From: Azolla caroliniana | Lineage: Eukaryota > Plantae > Polypodiophyta | Assembly (NCBI GenBank): GCA_043228905.1 | Contig: JBHGNT010000007.1 | Coordinates: 11,966,001-12,030,000 of the forward strand | DNA length: 64,000 bases | Direction: 5' to 3' | In this document: piece by piece, positions 61,271 through 64,000 of the stretch | How the letters are laid out: each line of letters begins with the position of its first letter | Position numbering within the stretch: the first letter of the stretch is position 1 | Made by a program: the position numbers and the translations under genes | Notes under the pieces: generated by a model | The model's input: only the letters and a program-made list of their open reading frames with translations | What the model was told of the DNA's origin: nothing | Database searches by the model: none

Positions 61271-64000
61271 GATGAACGCGACCTACCACTTTCGAACCAA
61301 CCACATCTAGAGGAGATATCATTGGCTCCGGAAGAAGGTAGAAGATAAAAATTTCTTGTTGACGAAGATCCACACGGAGGAGAGCGGATTGGACATGTTG
61401 ACCAAGGTGGTGTCAGCTGACAAGCTGGACGTGTGCTGGAGATGGATCGGAATGACGGGACATCCCATGCCATAGTGAAGGGGGAGTTTGTTGGGAAACA
61501 GGTCCCTGCGGATGGGATCCGGAGGAACCAGGCCGGACGGATCCAAAAGGTATTCGGATGGATCCAGTGTGAACCAGATCTAGGGACATATTTGTAAATA
61601 ATCCTAAAGTCATATAAGTATAAATATAACTTAGGGAAATCACTTTGTAGTGTAGAGATATGTTAGGAATTCGATTCCTCGGATGGGATCTGGATGAGAA
61701 CCGGAGGAGCCGGATCGGATGAGTTGGATGAAGGAACCAGATCCAGAAGGGTTCTAGATGAGACCCGGAAACCGGATCGAGTGAATCCGGATGGATCCGG
61801 TGCAAACCAGATTGAAGGACATATGTGTAAATAGCCCAAAAGTCATACAAGTATAAATATGACTTAGGGCAATCACTTTATGTATATATGGTGTAGTAGT
61901 GGTTGTATCATCATTGTACACAGAGTGAGTTAGTGAGAGAGAGATACAGAACTAGTTTCTGTTGTGACCGTCGACTGGCGAAGACATAGAACTTGAGGTC
62001 GTTGCCTCTGAGTCTCACATTGTATTCCTCCCCTCATAGTGATAGTTGGAGTCCCTGGGCTACTGTCGTCTTTCTTGTTTAGGGTTTTCCAGGTAAACAT
62101 CCTGTGTCATCTCGGTTTTAGTTTGTTCTCTTCTATTCCTTGTTGAAGACTCGGTTGTGGCTGAGCGTTATTTCCGCACAATCTAGTATCCGAGCGAACA
62201 AGAAAATAGAAGAGCCATTCACAAGCATGTTCAAGCTCATCGGCTCCAACTACCCAATGTGGAAGTCGAAGATGAGGGACGTGCTCGTGGTCAAAGAATC
62301 TGGTTGCTAATACTGTTTGGGGACAAGAAACCGGACAAGATCGATGCCATGACATGGGAGGTGATGAACATGAAGACAACGGCGTACATTCGGTGCTTCA
62401 TCAACATGAGCCTATATAACAACTTCAATGAAGAAAGTAAAGCTCATGTGCTCTAGGAGAAAATTGGCACCATGCTGGAGAGTAAAAATGTTGTAAATCG
62501 GGTTTCGGTATTCAGGAAATTAGTGAGACTCTGGTACCAAGACAGATCCAGCATGGCGGAGCACATGAACACATTTTAGGGGCTCATTAACCAAACAACT
62601 TCGCTCCAAGTACCTCTAGTCAACGAGGTCATTGCATTGCTCATGCTTGGGGGGTTCCCTCCCGGATAGTTGGGAGACACTAGTTGTCACTTTGGGCAAC
62701 GCCGGGCCGGAAGGAAAGCAGTTGTCCCTAGCAAGGGTAAAATCAATCTTGGTAGATGAAGAAGCTCGCCGAAAGGACCAGGAGTTCGGAACCGATCCGA
62801 AGGCCTTGGTCACAAAAGATGACCATAACCGGGGAAGAGGGTGGTATAGGAGTCCCCAAAACCTGGACAAATCGGGGACGAGGTCAAAGTCAAGGGGAAG
62901 ACCCACTTGCTTTAATTGCGGAAAGCCAAGGCAATTCAAGAAGAATTGTCGGCACTTCCAGAAATCCAAAGGGGGGGCCGATGAACCAGAACCGAAGAAG
63001 ATTTCGGAGAGAAGAGGAACATCGGCGATCGCGACAAGTGAAGAAGAATTGATGCTCATTACCGAGGAGAATGAGTTAAACCTTGTCGACGATGAAACAA
63101 CGTGGGTTGTCGATTCCGGAGCATTGTTCCATCTGACACCGGACCGGAAATGCTTCTCATCCTACACAACCGGAGATCACGGTTGTGTCCGGATGGGGAA
63201 TGAAGGGACCTGCCGAATCATTGGCATAGGAGATGTGTTGTTGACGACATCAACCGGATGCAAGTTGCTGTTGAAGGATGTCTGACACGTTCCGGAGGTT
63301 CAATTGAACCTGATATCGGCCGGTCGGCTAGATGATAAAGGCTACACAGGTAACATCCGGAACGGAGTCATGAAGTTTAGCAAGGGAACCTTGATTGTGG
63401 CTCGAGCTCGGAAGATCAACACACTGTACCTGATACATGCCCGGATATGCTAGGAAGAAATAAACATAGCATCCAACACTACCGATGAGCTGGCACATGA
63501 GACTGTGTCATATGAGCCAGAAGGGCATGAGAAGACTTACCGAAGACAACCTCATTCCGGAGGTGGAAGACGTGCATCTTGAGAAGTGCACCGATTGCTT
63601 GCCTGGCAACCAAAACCGAACCTCCTTCCGGTCAAGACCACCGATGAGACGGAATGCACCACTGGAGATGGTGCATACCGGTGTGTGTATGGTGGACACG
63701 AAGTCACATGCCGGATCGTAGTACTTCATGACATTCATAGATGACCATAGCCAGAGGCTGTGGGTGTCATCTTTGAAGACGAAGGATTAAGTGTTGTCTG
63801 TCTTCAAGGAGCTCCATGCGAGAGTGGAAAGAGAAACCGGTCGGAAGATGAAGGCAGTTCGAGCAGATAACGGAGGAGAATATCGGGGGCAGTTCGAGGA
63901 GTACTGCTGGTTGAAGGGAATTCGGCTCAAACTCACCATGCCAAAGACACCAGAATTGAACGGGTTGGTCAAACAGATGAGTTGGACCATAATGGAGAGA
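61271..64000 (+). mobile_element. Tnt1/Tork-like Copia: RNase H end, PPT, LTR 61489-62180, PBS, then degenerate gag-PR-IN running off the window
   Basis: DMLTKVV, PPT GAAGGGGGAG, PBS TAGTATCCGAGC at 62184-62195, SLPDSWETLVVTL, WVVDSGA, WHMRLCHMS and RADNGGEY. Confidence 0.87.

Overview
Eukaryotic land-plant DNA, most likely a non-seed plant such as a fern or lycophyte (inferred from the Tcn1-type chromovirus and the Copia families). About 80% is nested LTR retrotransposons. It surrounds one gene island (about 43.8-52.6 kb) carrying a two-exon FLD-type LSD1-like histone demethylase on the minus strand. The main nest is a plus-strand Copia (20281-30730) holding a complete Copia (21098-26925, TSD GTATT), a solo LTR (26969-27746, TSD GGTAC) and a chromodomain Gypsy (30731-41975, TSD CCCTC). 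That Gypsy in turn holds a very young Copia (32559-38120) broken by one stop codon. The most striking signal: the chromovirus and a non-coding 2.4-kb LTR element (12452-14878) both lack a tRNA primer-binding site. Each instead has a PBS complementary to its own predicted transcript 5' end (Tf1-like self-priming), with compensatory changes between the two. They also share a 13-mer at the primer end and heat-shock elements, which suggests an autonomous/non-autonomous self-priming pair. Other oddities include a GUUAAAC/pseudoknot frameshift, a hairpin enclosing the Copia PPT, doubled PPTs with a long translated tail, an LTR-derived 3.8-kb satellite and a hAT-like MITE. Coordinates were read by eye; no alignments, folding or database searches were run.
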